This document shows positions 21,095-31,747 of a stretch of 64,000 bases of DNA, in pieces. Under the pieces are notes generated by a model. That model saw only the letters and a list, made by a program, of their open reading frames with translations. It did no database searches and was not told where the DNA came from. The DNA comes from Nostoc sp. DedSLP01 (GTDB lineage Bacteria; Cyanobacteriota; Cyanobacteriia; Cyanobacteriales; Nostocaceae). Every line of letters begins with the position of its first letter. The stretch's first letter is position 1. The stretch is taken from NCBI GenBank assembly GCA_034530875.2, contig JAVRCJ020000012.1, positions 32,001-96,000 of the forward strand. Reading direction: 5' to 3'. The position numbers and the translations under genes were made by a program.

Positions 21095-24000
21095 GTGAAC
21101 CGCCAACGTACAACCCTTAACGTATCACTGACTCCTGATTTTAACGATTTTATAACCTCGCTTTTAGGGTCAGGAAAGTATAAATCATCAAGCGAAGTTG
21201 TTCGCCAAGCATTGCGGCTACTTCAAGAAGAGATATCAACCTCAAAGCCCGAACAACAAATCAGTTCCCACCAGGAATATGTAATAGAAGATAAACAATT
21301 AGATCCGTTTCCTGGTTCTGGCGAAATGAGGGAACGCATACGCAATTTTGACTGGGCAAATACATCTGTTGGCTGTATAGAAACATGGCCGCAAAGCTTG
21401 AAATCAACGATACGCACTTTGTTGGGTTCGCGTTATCCGATGATTTTGTTATGGGGACAGGATTTAATCCAAATTTATAATGACGCATACACCAGCCTGA
21501 TTGGGGCGAAACATCCTCTGGCACTGGGTCGCTCGATTCGAGAAACGCAATCGGAATCATGGAATGTCATCGGGCCAATGATTACCGAAGTGATGACAAC
21601 TGGCGTTCCCAACTGGGTAGAAGACCAGATGTTAATGGTGAACCGAGCTAATTATAACGAGGAAGCGCACTTTAGTTTGTCTTACAGCGCTGTAGAAGAT
21701 GATGAAGGCGTAATTAAAGGGATGCTTTGCGTGTGTAGCGAAGTGACACAGCAGGTATTAGGAGAGCGTCGCTTGCGCTTGCAACGCGATTTGGCAGCAA
21801 AGGCCAGCGATACCCGTAGCGTAGACATTACTTGTAAAGATATTCTCTCTGCCATAGCCGAATATCCCCTAGATGTGCCGTTTGCGTTACTCTACTTGGG
21901 CGAATCAGATTGTAAGACAGTGCGATTATTTGGTAGTGTGGGTGTGAAGGAAAGCGATCGCATTGCACCAAATACTGTCCTGGTTGAAGAATTCACGGAT
22001 ATATGGCCATTTGCACAAGCGATGGCAGGCCAAACAGTTCTAGTTGAAAATCTCAACGAGTATATCAACATTGGTGGCGGCCCTTGGGGCGAAATTGTCC
22101 ATCGCGCCTTAGTCCTGCCCATTCCCTCATCAAATATTACCGCACCGCTTGGGGTATTAATTGCCGGAATCAGCCCCAACCGTGCCTTAGATGAAGCTTA
22201 TAAATCGTTTTACGAGCTGTTAGCCGGACAGGTTTCGGTTTCGCTGCGCAATGCTGGAGCTTATGAAGAAGAACGCAAAAAAGCCGAAGCCCTAGCCGAA
22301 CTCGATCGGGCGAAGACAGCATTTTTTAACAATGTTTCCCATGAATTCCGCACGCCTTTGACGTTGATGCTGGGGCCTTTGGAGGATTTTTTAAGTAAGG
22401 AAAACGGGTCATTAACAACAGAGGAACGGAGACAATTGCAACTAGTCCACCGCAATAGTCTGCGATTGCTCAAGTTAGTCAATACATTATTAGACTTTTC
22501 GCGGATTGAAGCAAGTCGGATACAAGCGGTTTACGAGCCAACAGACTTGGCTGTATTTACCAGCGAACTGGCCAGTGTGTTTCGTTCCGCAATTGAAAAA
22601 GCAGGTTTGCGTCTGGTTGTAGATTGTCCGCCTTTGCCACAACCAGTCTACGTAGACCGCGAAATGTGGGAAAAGATTGTCTTGAATTTGTTGAGCAATG
22701 CCTTTAAGTTCACCTTTGCCGGAGAAATTACCGTTACCTTGCGCTGGTATGCACAACGCGTAGAAATGGAAGTCCGAGATACAGGTACCGGAATTCCCGC
22801 AGCAGAGTTACCGCGCTTATTCGATCGCTTTTACCGCGTACAAGGCTCCCGCGGTCGGACTTACGAAGGCTCTGGTATTGGGCTATCCCTGGTACAGGAT
22901 CTCGTTCGACTCCACGGTGGCGAGGTTCGCGTCAGTAGCCAAGTAAACCAAGGAAGTTCATTCATAGTTGTACTACCCACTGGCACTGCTCATTTACCCG
23001 CAGACCGTATTGGCGCTAGCCGGAATTTGCCTTCGACAGCTTCCGGAGCAGCTGCTTTTGTTGAAGAAGCATGGCGCTGGCTACCGGAAGAAAGTGTGGG
23101 GAGTGTGGGGGGAGAGGGGAGTGTGGGGGGAAAGATTTCTTCCCCATCCTCCCACACCCCCCACACCTCCCACACCTCCCACCCCTCCCACACCCTCCAC
23201 ACCCCCCACTCCTCCCCCGCCCGCATCCTCCTGGCTGATGACAATGCAGATATGCGCGATTATCTCAAGCACCTACTCCAGCCGTATTATGAAATAGAAG
23301 CGGTGACGGATGGATTAGCGGCCTTAGCAGCAGTCCGCAGGCAAATACCGGATTTAGTACTTAGCGATATCATGATGCCGGGGATGGATGGCCTGCAATT
23401 GCTGCATGAGTTGAGAGCTGATTCAACTACAAAAGAGATACCGATTATTTTGCTGTCTGCTCGTGCAGGTGAGGAGTCTCGCGTTGAAGGGCTAGAAATG
23501 GGTGCAGACGATTACCTGATTAAACCTTTCTCGGCGCGAGAACTGCTGGCACGAGTACGAGCAAACTTAGAATTGTCTCAACTGCGTAAAGATGCCTTAG
23601 CTCAACGAGCCGAATGGATTAGAGAACAGGCGGCACGGGTTGAGGCTGAGGCCGCAAACCGGATGAAAGATGAATTCCTGCAAGTGCTTTCCCATGAAAT
23701 TCGCACGCCCCTCAATGGTATGTTGGGCTGGGTGAAGTTGCTCAGTCAAGGCAAACTCGACTCGGCTACGACTGTTCGCGCCCTACAAACTATCGAGCGT
23801 AATGCCAAAGCTCAAGCGAAATTAGTCGATGATTTGTTGGACGTGTCACGTATTATTCGGGGACAACTGCGCCTAGAGAAGCGTCCGGTTTCTCTAATCT
23901 CGGTGATTGCAGAAGCTATTGAAACTGTAAGACCGCAAGCTGAGGCTAAAGATATTACCATCGAGTCTGTGCTTGACCAAAACGCCAGTTGTGTTTCTGG

Positions 24001-24790
24001 AGATGATAGCCGTTTACAACAAGTAGTGTGGAATCTGCTGACTAATGCAGTGAAGTTCACACCATCGGGAGGACAGGTTAAAGTCTGTCTGCAAGTCGCA
24101 GGTACAGATGCGCTGCTCCTGGTTAAAGATACGGGTATTGGGATTAAGGCTGAGGTATTACCGTACATCTTTGACCGCTTCCGTCAAGCCGATGCAAGTA
24201 CGACTCGAACTTATGGAGGGCTGGGTTTGGGGCTGGCAATTGTTCGGCATTTAGTAGAAATGCATCATGGAACGGTACAGGCCGAAAGTGCAGGGCTGGG
24301 GCAAGGCTCGACCTTTAGCGTGCGGTTGCCTTTGATAAATCGCCCAAACATTTCTCCTGGTACAGAATCAATGTCTGCAAAGGCTAACGAGGGAGTTTTA
24401 CTCAACGGTTTACAAGTTTTAGTAGTCGATGATGAAGCTGATGGGCGCGACCTTGTGAGTTTTATCTTGCAGCAACATGGTGCTTTAGTAACGGAGGCAG
24501 TATCGGCAGCCCAAGCATGGAGAGTGTTAGAAAAAGGAATACCACACATACTGATTTCAGATTTGGGAATGCCAGACGAAGACGGTTACAGCCTGATTCG
24601 TCAAATTAGGGCATTACCACAAGATAAAGGAGGAAGAATTCCAGCGATCGCTCTTTCTGCTTATGCTAAGGAAGAAGACCGCAGGCGAGCGCTACTTACC
24701 GGCTTTCAAATGTACTTAACCAAACCATTCGATCCAGATGAATTATTAATTATGGTTGCAAGTTTGGCTGGTATATTTCAGCAGAGTTAA
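21095..24790 (+). CDS. Hybrid sensor kinase: RHH(ParD-like)-PAS-GAF-HisKA/HATPase-REC-HisKA/HATPase-REC
   Basis: AAGGAG before the GTG start; N-terminal LNVSLTP...SGKYKSSSEVVRQALRLL; H-boxes SHEFRTPL and SHEIRTPL; receivers DIMMP and DLGMP. Confidence 0.9.
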   Translation: MNRQRTTLNVSLTPDFNDFITSLLGSGKYKSSSEVVRQALRLLQEEISTSKPEQQISSHQEYVIEDKQLDPFPGSGEMRERIRNFDWANTSVGCIETWPQSLKSTIRTLLGSRYPMILLWGQDLIQIYNDAYTSLIGAKHPLALGRSIRETQSESWNVIGPMITEVMTTGVPNWVEDQMLMVNRANYNEEAHFSLSYSAVEDDEGVIKGMLCVCSEVTQQVLGERRLRLQRDLAAKASDTRSVDITCKDILSAIAEYPLDVPFALLYLGESDCKTVRLFGSVGVKESDRIAPNTVLVEEFTDIWPFAQAMAGQTVLVENLNEYINIGGGPWGEIVHRALVLPIPSSNITAPLGVLIAGISPNRALDEAYKSFYELLAGQVSVSLRNAGAYEEERKKAEALAELDRAKTAFFNNVSHEFRTPLTLMLGPLEDFLSKENGSLTTEERRQLQLVHRNSLRLLKLVNTLLDFSRIEASRIQAVYEPTDLAVFTSELASVFRSAIEKAGLRLVVDCPPLPQPVYVDREMWEKIVLNLLSNAFKFTFAGEITVTLRWYAQRVEMEVRDTGTGIPAAELPRLFDRFYRVQGSRGRTYEGSGIGLSLVQDLVRLHGGEVRVSSQVNQGSSFIVVLPTGTAHLPADRIGASRNLPSTASGAAAFVEEAWRWLPEESVGSVGGEGSVGGKISSPSSHTPHTSHTSHPSHTLHTPHSSPARILLADDNADMRDYLKHLLQPYYEIEAVTDGLAALAAVRRQIPDLVLSDIMMPGMDGLQLLHELRADSTTKEIPIILLSARAGEESRVEGLEMGADDYLIKPFSARELLARVRANLELSQLRKDALAQRAEWIREQAARVEAEAANRMKDEFLQVLSHEIRTPLNGMLGWVKLLSQGKLDSATTVRALQTIERNAKAQAKLVDDLLDVSRIIRGQLRLEKRPVSLISVIAEAIETVRPQAEAKDITIESVLDQNASCVSGDDSRLQQVVWNLLTNAVKFTPSGGQVKVCLQVAGTDALLLVKDTGIGIKAEVLPYIFDRFRQADASTTRTYGGLGLGLAIVRHLVEMHHGTVQAESAGLGQGSTFSVRLPLINRPNISPGTESMSAKANEGVLLNGLQVLVVDDEADGRDLVSFILQQHGALVTEAVSAAQAWRVLEKGIPHILISDLGMPDEDGYSLIRQIRALPQDKGGRIPAIALSAYAKEEDRRRALLTGFQMYLTKPFDPDELLIMVASLAGIFQQS
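23093..23218 (+). repeat. In-frame 9-bp repeat block (AGTGTGGGG / CCCACACCT) in the kinase-receiver linker
   Basis: Encodes SVGSVGGEGSVGG...SHTPHTSHTSHPSHTLHTPHS. Confidence 0.85.
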
Positions 24791-24952
24791 TCTGTTAATT
24801 CCTCATACCTAAGTTAGATTTTCAATAGAAAGACTAAAAGGTTCAAGTGCGATAAATAAACTCCTAACCTCCTGCCTCCTGCCCTCTGCCTCCTACCTTC
24901 TTTGGTAAGTAAAGGCTTTACAATATTAGCTACGACGTAGGAGCGTAAAGTA

Positions 24953-27900
24953 GTGAACCTAAAATTACCTGGATTTACCATTACTAGCTGGCTGCAAGAA
25001 GGTACAAAAACATTTACATGCCGTGCTATTAGAGATGTTGATGGTTGTCCTGTAATTGTTAAAGGGCTACGCTCAGAGCAATGTACTATTGGCAATATCG
25101 AGCAACTTAAGCATGAATATGCGATCGCCCAAAAGCTAAATCTGCCGGGAACTGTCCGTGTGCTTTCCTTAGAATTATATAGAGGAATGCCTTTTTTAAT
25201 TTTGGAAGACTTTGGCGGGCAATCTTTAGATCGGGTTTTAGACCGGTTTCAAGAAATTAGGCAGTTTCTCAAATTGGCGCTGCAAATTGTGGCAGCAATA
25301 GCTCAAATTCATCAAAATCATATTGTTCATAAAGATATTAAACCGCAAAACATTATTATTAATCTGGAAACAGAACAGGTAAAAATTGGTGATTTTGGGT
25401 TAGCAGCATTTATTCCCTATAACAGCCAGCTTGTCATTAGTTCTAATCGAATTGAAGGTAGTTTGCCTTATATTTCACCGGAACAAACCGGACGGATGAA
25501 TCGCGGGATCGATGGCCGCAGCGATTTATATTCTCTGGGAGTAACTTTTTATGAAATACTAACTGGGCAATTGCCTTTTGCTGGTAACGATCCTTTAGAG
25601 TGGATTCACTGTCATATTGCTAAAGAAGCGATCGCACCGAAAGAAATTAATCCTTATATTCCTCAGGCAGTCTCTGATATCATCATGAAGCTACTAGCAA
25701 AAGTGGCAGAAGCTAGATATCAAAGTGCGGCAGGTTTGCAGTTTGACTTAGAGCGATGCTGGCAATCTTTGGAAACAACAAGGCAAATTCAAGCATTTAA
25801 TCTTGGCGAACAAGATATCTCAGACAGGCTACAAATTCCCCAAAAACTCTACGGACGAGAGCAAGAAATCAATCAACTTCTGGGAGCATTTACTCGCGTT
25901 GTCACTCAAGGAACCCCAGAATTAATTCTTGTTTCTGGCTATTCTGGTATTGGTAAATCTTCTTTAGTCAATGAATTGCACAAACTAATTGTGCAAACAC
26001 GCAGCATTTTTCTTTCTGGTAAATTCGATCGATACAAGCGCGATATTCCTTACGCCACCATTATCCAAGGATTTCAACAATTAGTGCGGCAATTACTCAC
26101 CGAACCAGAAGATAAATTAGCAATTTGGCGACACCGCATCCAAGCATGTATCGGCAAAAATGGCAAGTTAATTACAGATGTAATCCCAGAAGTTGAGCTA
26201 ATTATCGGCCAGCAAGCGCCTGTACCGGAATTAGGCCCCGCAGAATCACAAAACCGCTTCAATTTAGTTTTTCAAAATTTTATCAGTGCCTTTGCTCAAA
26301 GCGAACATCCCCTAGCGATTTTTTTGGATGATATGCAATGGGCAGATAGTGCTACTTTAAATTTAATCGAAGCGATCGCCACTGGCTCAAATATTCAATA
26401 TTTGTGCTTTTTGCTTGCCTATCGGGATAACGAAGTCGATGCTTTCCATCCCTTCGGTCTGATGTTACAAAAACTGCATCAGCAAGGCATTCAAGCAACA
26501 GAAATTGTTTTGTCGCCACTGGCTCTAAGATATGTGAATGAATTGATTTCAGATACCCTCAGGTGTTCGTTATTCAAATCACAACCATTAGCACAGCTTG
26601 TTTTTGACAAAACTGCTGGAAATCCTTTTTTTGTCAATGAATTTCTCAAAACTTTGTATCAAGAAAATCTATTAAGTTTTGACTATTCCCAGAGAGCTTG
26701 GCAATGGGATTTAAAGCAAATAGAAGCGCAAGATATCACTGATAATGTAGTGAACCTGACGATTAAATGCTTGCAAAAACTACCATCAGTCACTCAAAAA
26801 GTACTCCAATTAGCATCTTGTATAGGCAATCACTTTGATTTAGAAAATTTAGCGATCGTTGCCGAAGAATCAGAAGCAAGTATTATAGATACTCTCAAAG
26901 AAGCAGTTTTGAGAGGTTTAATTGTCGCAATTGAGCAACCTCCAGAAACTCCAAAACATTATTACTTTGTTCACGATCGCATTCAACAAGCAGCCTACGC
27001 TTTGATTCCAAACGAGCAAAAACAAATTGTTCATTTGCAAATTGGTAGATTGCTGTTAAAAAATTTCAGTTCCCAGCAACTGCAAGAAGAACTATTTGAT
27101 GTTTTAAATCAATTGAATTTGGGGCGCGATGAAATTACAGAACAAAGCGAAAAAGACGAACTGGTACGATTAAATTTATTGGCAGGGAAACGAGCAAAAG
27201 CATCTACAGCTTACGCTCCTGCTTTAAAATATTTTCAGACAGCAGCTATTTTGTTATCATCGGATGCGTGGCATAAACAATATTGTCAAACTTTTGATTT
27301 GTTTATAGAACTCGCTGAATGCCAATATTTAACAGGAAATTTAGACTCAGCCGAAGTTTTATTTAAATTGTTACTTAATAAAGCTAGATCCAATTTGGAT
27401 AAAGCAAATATTTACATGCTGCAAGTCAGACTCTACCAAGTTGCAAGTAGATTTGCTCAGGCTTTTGAGGTGGGTTTAGAAGCGTTGAAATTATTTAACA
27501 TCGTGCTTCCTAAATCCGATGAAGAGGTAGAAGCAGCCATTGCGACTGAACGCAATCGGACAAAGATAAATTTAGGCGATCGCCAAATTGCCGATATAAT
27601 AAATGCGCCAATAATTCAAGACCCGTTCCTCAAGGTTCCCATTAGCTTGCTGACATCATTGGGGCCGCCGGCTTATTTAAGCAAGCCGAATCTTTTTCCC
27701 CTAATTGTCCTCAAAGCCCTCAATCATTCCCTACAGTTTGGTAATACAGAAGAATCCTGTTTTGCCTACAGTATGTATTCCATGCTGTTAGTGTCTATTT
27801 TTCGGGATATTCCAGGCGGTTATGCCTTTTCTGAGATGACAATTCGCTTGAATCAAAAATTAAACGATCCTAAATATAAAGGAACAGTTTTACATATTCA

Positions 27901-30900
27901 TGGCAGTCATATCAACGTTTGGTGTAATCATATAGCGACAGATTTACCATTTTTAGAACAAGGGTTTCTCGGTTGCATCGAAGCCGGAGATATCACAATG
28001 GCAAATTATAATGGTTTCCAAGGTTCCTGGCAGATGATTGAAGCCATTTTTCCCCTCACAGAAGCGTATCAAGCAACTCAAAAATATACTAGCTTTGCCC
28101 AACAGTCTAAACATCAAGCTGCCTATCAAACAATTCGCTTACAACAACAATTTATTCAAAATTTGCGGGGGCTAACTGATAATTATCGTACTTTAAATGA
28201 TGCTCATTTTGATGAATATTGGTCGGTAGAAATTATTGCCAATGCAGGATTTACGAGTGGAATTGTTTTTTATCATATTATTAAATTAATTATATTTTTT
28301 ACTTATGAATGCTATTTAGAGGCTTTTGATTCTGCATTAGCAGCACATAAGGTTTTAGGAGCAATACTATCATTACCAATTGAAGCAAATTATTTATTAC
28401 ATCATTCTCTGGTTTTGGCAGCACTTTATCCAAATCAATCGAGCCAAACCAAAGCGGAATTTTTAGCAACTCTACAGCAGCATCAACAGCAACTTCAATA
28501 TTGGGCAGAACATTGTGCCGCTAACTTTTTGCATAAATCATTATTAGTAGCAGCAGAAATTGCCAGAATTGAAGGGCGCGACTGGGAAGCAATGCGCCTA
28601 TACGAACAGTCAATAAATTCAGCCCGCGAACATCAGTTCGTGCAATATGAAGCATTATCCCACGAACTAGCAGCCAAGTTTTATTTAAGTAGAGATTTTG
28701 AAGCGATCGCCAAAACTTATTTACAAGAAGCCAAAAATTGTTATTTACGCTGGGGCGCAACCAGAAAAGCACGCCAGCTTGAAGAAAAATACTATAACTT
28801 GTTACCTGTTGAACAGCCAACAGTAAGTAAAAATAATTTCTCTTCTTCTAATGCAACATTTATCAGTAGCGGCGTCCAACTCGATATATTATCGGTGGTG
28901 AAAGCATCACAAACAATCTCCAGCGAAATTATTTTACCCGATTTATTGAAGACCTTAATGCAGATTGTCATCGAACAAGCTGGAGCCGAAATAGGCTATT
29001 TATTACTAAAACGTAATGGAAATTTAGTCATTGAAGTTGAAGCAAAAGCCAATCAAAAAACCGAACAACTCAGTATTAATCATTTTACTGCTAGCGTCCA
29101 AAGTTCTAAATTTGTTCCTCAATTGATTTTGAATTACGTCCAGCGGACGCAAGAAGTTGTGATTTTAGATAATGCTGCTAAACCAAACTTATTTTCCGAA
29201 GATGAGTATTTAATTCAAAATCAGCCCAAATCAATTTTGTGTTTACCTATTACTTATCAATCGAATTTAATTGGGATTTTATATCTCGAAAACAATTTAT
29301 TTACTAAAGCATTTACCCAAACCCAGCTTTCTGCTTTAGAAATTTTATCGACACAAATTGGTATCTCTTTAGAAAATGCTCGTCTTTATCAGGAACTTGC
29401 CGAAAGCCAAGAACAACTCAATTTGGCATTGCAAGCCGGACAAATTGGAATTTGGAGTTGGGATATTCTCAACGATCGCGTTGAGTGGGACGAGCAAATG
29501 TATCAGTTATTTGGAGTTTCTCCTGAGAGTTTCGATTGCACTTTAGAAGCTGTAGTTGCCTGTTTGCACCCAGACGATCGCGATTATTTCCAGCAACGCT
29601 TAAATCAAACTCTCACTCAAGGAGTAGAACACAATATAGAATATCGTGTCATCTTAAATAACGGCAATATTCGTCATATTGCAGCTCGCGGACGACTCTT
29701 TTTTAATGACGCACGCCAGCCAATTCGGATGCGGGGGATTGTCCTAGATATTACAGAGCGCCAACTCGCAGAACAACGGCAATTACAGTTAGTGCGGGAA
29801 CAGACTGCACGCGCCGAAGCCGAAGCCGCTAACCGCATAAAAGATGAATTTTTAGCGGTACTGTCTCACGAATTGCGATCGCCCCTGAATCCGATTTTGG
29901 GTTGGTCAAAGCTACTGCAAAGAGGTAAACTCAATCCTGCCAAGACTGCTGAAGCTTTAGCAACAATTGAACGCAACGCCAAACTGCAATCCGAACTCAT
30001 TGAAGACTTGCTAGATGTTTCTCGGATTTTGCAAGGAAAACTCAGTCTTAATATTGCGCCAGTTAATTTGGTTGCAACCATACAAGCAGCCAAAGAAACG
30101 GTACGTTTAGCAGCCGAAGCCAAATCAATTGAGATTATAACTAACCTCGATTCTCAAGCAGCACAAGTGTTAGGAGATGCAAATCGTCTACAGCAGGTAG
30201 TTTGGAATTTGCTCTCCAATGCAGTTAAATTTACTCCCATTGGCGGCCGCGTTGAGGTGCGATTAGAGCAGGTGGACTGGGAACCGGGAAAAATCAAAGA
30301 ATCGAAGACTCAAAAATCCATCGCTGCATCGCCTCATTTTTCAATCTCTGCTTCATCACTCACCTACGCTCAAATTACGGTGGCTGATAACGGCAAGGGT
30401 ATTGAGCCAGATTTTTTACCTCATGTGTTTGAGTATTTCCGCCAAGCAGACAGTGCAACTACGCGCAAATTTGGCGGACTAGGATTAGGGTTAGCAATCG
30501 TACATCATTTAGTTGAACTGCACGGAGGCACTATTTGGGCAGAGAGCGAGGGTGAAGGAATGGGAGCAACCTTTAGAGTTAGGCTACCGATGAGAGCTGC
30601 ACCCGCAACTAAATCCGATACCGAAATCTCTGAATCATCATTGAATTTAGAGGGAATTGAAATTCTTCTGATTGATGATGATAATGATACTCGCGAGTTT
30701 GTTGCCTTTGTCTTAGAACAAGCGGGAGCTAAAGTTATAGCTACCTCCTGCGCTACCGAAGCACTAACTGCATTAACTCAATCCCTACCAGATGTATTAG
30801 TGAGTGATATCGGAATGCCGGAAATAGACGGTTATATGTTGATTCGGCAAATCAGAGCTTTACCTCCCGAACAAGGAGGAGAAATTCCCGCGATCGCTCT

Positions 30901-31024
30901 TACCGCTTACGCTGGAGACATGAATCAACAGCAAGCCTTAGCCGCAGGATTCGAGCAGCACCTTTCCAAACCTATAGATCCTGAAAAGTTGATCTCGGCG
31001 ATTGTTAATTTAGTTCGGATCTGA
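24953..31024 (+). CDS. Ser/Thr kinase-AAA ATPase-GAF-PAS-histidine kinase-receiver hybrid (HstK-like)
   Basis: HKDIKPQN, DFG, SPEQTGR; P-loop GYSGIGKS; SHELRSPL; DIGMP. Confidence 0.92.
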   Translation: MNLKLPGFTITSWLQEGTKTFTCRAIRDVDGCPVIVKGLRSEQCTIGNIEQLKHEYAIAQKLNLPGTVRVLSLELYRGMPFLILEDFGGQSLDRVLDRFQEIRQFLKLALQIVAAIAQIHQNHIVHKDIKPQNIIINLETEQVKIGDFGLAAFIPYNSQLVISSNRIEGSLPYISPEQTGRMNRGIDGRSDLYSLGVTFYEILTGQLPFAGNDPLEWIHCHIAKEAIAPKEINPYIPQAVSDIIMKLLAKVAEARYQSAAGLQFDLERCWQSLETTRQIQAFNLGEQDISDRLQIPQKLYGREQEINQLLGAFTRVVTQGTPELILVSGYSGIGKSSLVNELHKLIVQTRSIFLSGKFDRYKRDIPYATIIQGFQQLVRQLLTEPEDKLAIWRHRIQACIGKNGKLITDVIPEVELIIGQQAPVPELGPAESQNRFNLVFQNFISAFAQSEHPLAIFLDDMQWADSATLNLIEAIATGSNIQYLCFLLAYRDNEVDAFHPFGLMLQKLHQQGIQATEIVLSPLALRYVNELISDTLRCSLFKSQPLAQLVFDKTAGNPFFVNEFLKTLYQENLLSFDYSQRAWQWDLKQIEAQDITDNVVNLTIKCLQKLPSVTQKVLQLASCIGNHFDLENLAIVAEESEASIIDTLKEAVLRGLIVAIEQPPETPKHYYFVHDRIQQAAYALIPNEQKQIVHLQIGRLLLKNFSSQQLQEELFDVLNQLNLGRDEITEQSEKDELVRLNLLAGKRAKASTAYAPALKYFQTAAILLSSDAWHKQYCQTFDLFIELAECQYLTGNLDSAEVLFKLLLNKARSNLDKANIYMLQVRLYQVASRFAQAFEVGLEALKLFNIVLPKSDEEVEAAIATERNRTKINLGDRQIADIINAPIIQDPFLKVPISLLTSLGPPAYLSKPNLFPLIVLKALNHSLQFGNTEESCFAYSMYSMLLVSIFRDIPGGYAFSEMTIRLNQKLNDPKYKGTVLHIHGSHINVWCNHIATDLPFLEQGFLGCIEAGDITMANYNGFQGSWQMIEAIFPLTEAYQATQKYTSFAQQSKHQAAYQTIRLQQQFIQNLRGLTDNYRTLNDAHFDEYWSVEIIANAGFTSGIVFYHIIKLIIFFTYECYLEAFDSALAAHKVLGAILSLPIEANYLLHHSLVLAALYPNQSSQTKAEFLATLQQHQQQLQYWAEHCAANFLHKSLLVAAEIARIEGRDWEAMRLYEQSINSAREHQFVQYEALSHELAAKFYLSRDFEAIAKTYLQEAKNCYLRWGATRKARQLEEKYYNLLPVEQPTVSKNNFSSSNATFISSGVQLDILSVVKASQTISSEIILPDLLKTLMQIVIEQAGAEIGYLLLKRNGNLVIEVEAKANQKTEQLSINHFTASVQSSKFVPQLILNYVQRTQEVVILDNAAKPNLFSEDEYLIQNQPKSILCLPITYQSNLIGILYLENNLFTKAFTQTQLSALEILSTQIGISLENARLYQELAESQEQLNLALQAGQIGIWSWDILNDRVEWDEQMYQLFGVSPESFDCTLEAVVACLHPDDRDYFQQRLNQTLTQGVEHNIEYRVILNNGNIRHIAARGRLFFNDARQPIRMRGIVLDITERQLAEQRQLQLVREQTARAEAEAANRIKDEFLAVLSHELRSPLNPILGWSKLLQRGKLNPAKTAEALATIERNAKLQSELIEDLLDVSRILQGKLSLNIAPVNLVATIQAAKETVRLAAEAKSIEIITNLDSQAAQVLGDANRLQQVVWNLLSNAVKFTPIGGRVEVRLEQVDWEPGKIKESKTQKSIAASPHFSISASSLTYAQITVADNGKGIEPDFLPHVFEYFRQADSATTRKFGGLGLGLAIVHHLVELHGGTIWAESEGEGMGATFRVRLPMRAAPATKSDTEISESSLNLEGIEILLIDDDNDTREFVAFVLEQAGAKVIATSCATEALTALTQSLPDVLVSDIGMPEIDGYMLIRQIRALPPEQGGEIPAIALTAYAGDMNQQQALAAGFEQHLSKPIDPEKLISAIVNLVRI

Positions 31025-31078
31025 ATGCTCTTCACCAGCCGTTGTGTAGATTGATACCGTTAATAAAATAAATTCCAT

Positions 31079-31223
31079 TATAGCGGTTCTCAATTGGGTA
31101 AAATACGCCGATTCGTAGGGGCTTTACAGCTGTCATACGTGTCAACTTAACGCAAAACGGGCGGTTTCTAACCGCAGGGTAGCAAGTGGCGCGCGAATTC
31201 TATTCGCCACGGCTTAAGTTAAC
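31079..31223. repeat. Left 55-bp inverted-repeat arm plus an inner GTCAACTTAA-type element
   Basis: 31079-31133 matches the reverse complement of 38686-38740 at 54/55 positions. Confidence 0.85.
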
Positions 31224-31747
31224 TTAGACCAAGATAACTATTTTGGAAAAATTTTTTCAAAAAGTGCTTTAACTGCTCGACAAATTTGCACAATTTAGGT
31301 TATAACCCAGCAGTTAAAACTATATTCATTGGCCTATTACTTAATTTACATAATGATACTAAATATCCTTTTTGACCGTTATCTAATCAGTAGCAAGCGG
31401 ACTAGATAAATTTGTCAAATATTGACAGAAGTTTATCGTCATGAGCGTTGGAATGATTGGTACATTTACCTATCGGCTAACAATACACAAATGTAATTAA
31501 AGTAAGTTAGCTCTGTTATTAGAGTTGTAATTTCCAAAAATCTTAGGCGCGTAAAAACTCGGATCTTTTACAAAAAACTTCTTCAATATTAATTTCAGCA
31601 GAGCATTTGGGAACAATTTATTGGATTCAGGTTTTTTCAGGTACTTAATACTTACTAAGCGCCTCAAAAAAGCAAACAAACCTGTTTTAAAACAGCCTGA
31701 GTTTCTCTAAAAGAAAATAAATTACCCAACTTGCAACATCTATAAAA

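Noticed and set aside
21095..21260. ParDE toxin-antitoxin module
   Set aside because: No ParE-like ORF nearby; the RHH is in frame with the kinase
22968..23297. Pro/Thr-rich and Gly/Val-rich ORFs in alternative frames
   Set aside because: By-products of the 9-bp repeat inside the kinase gene
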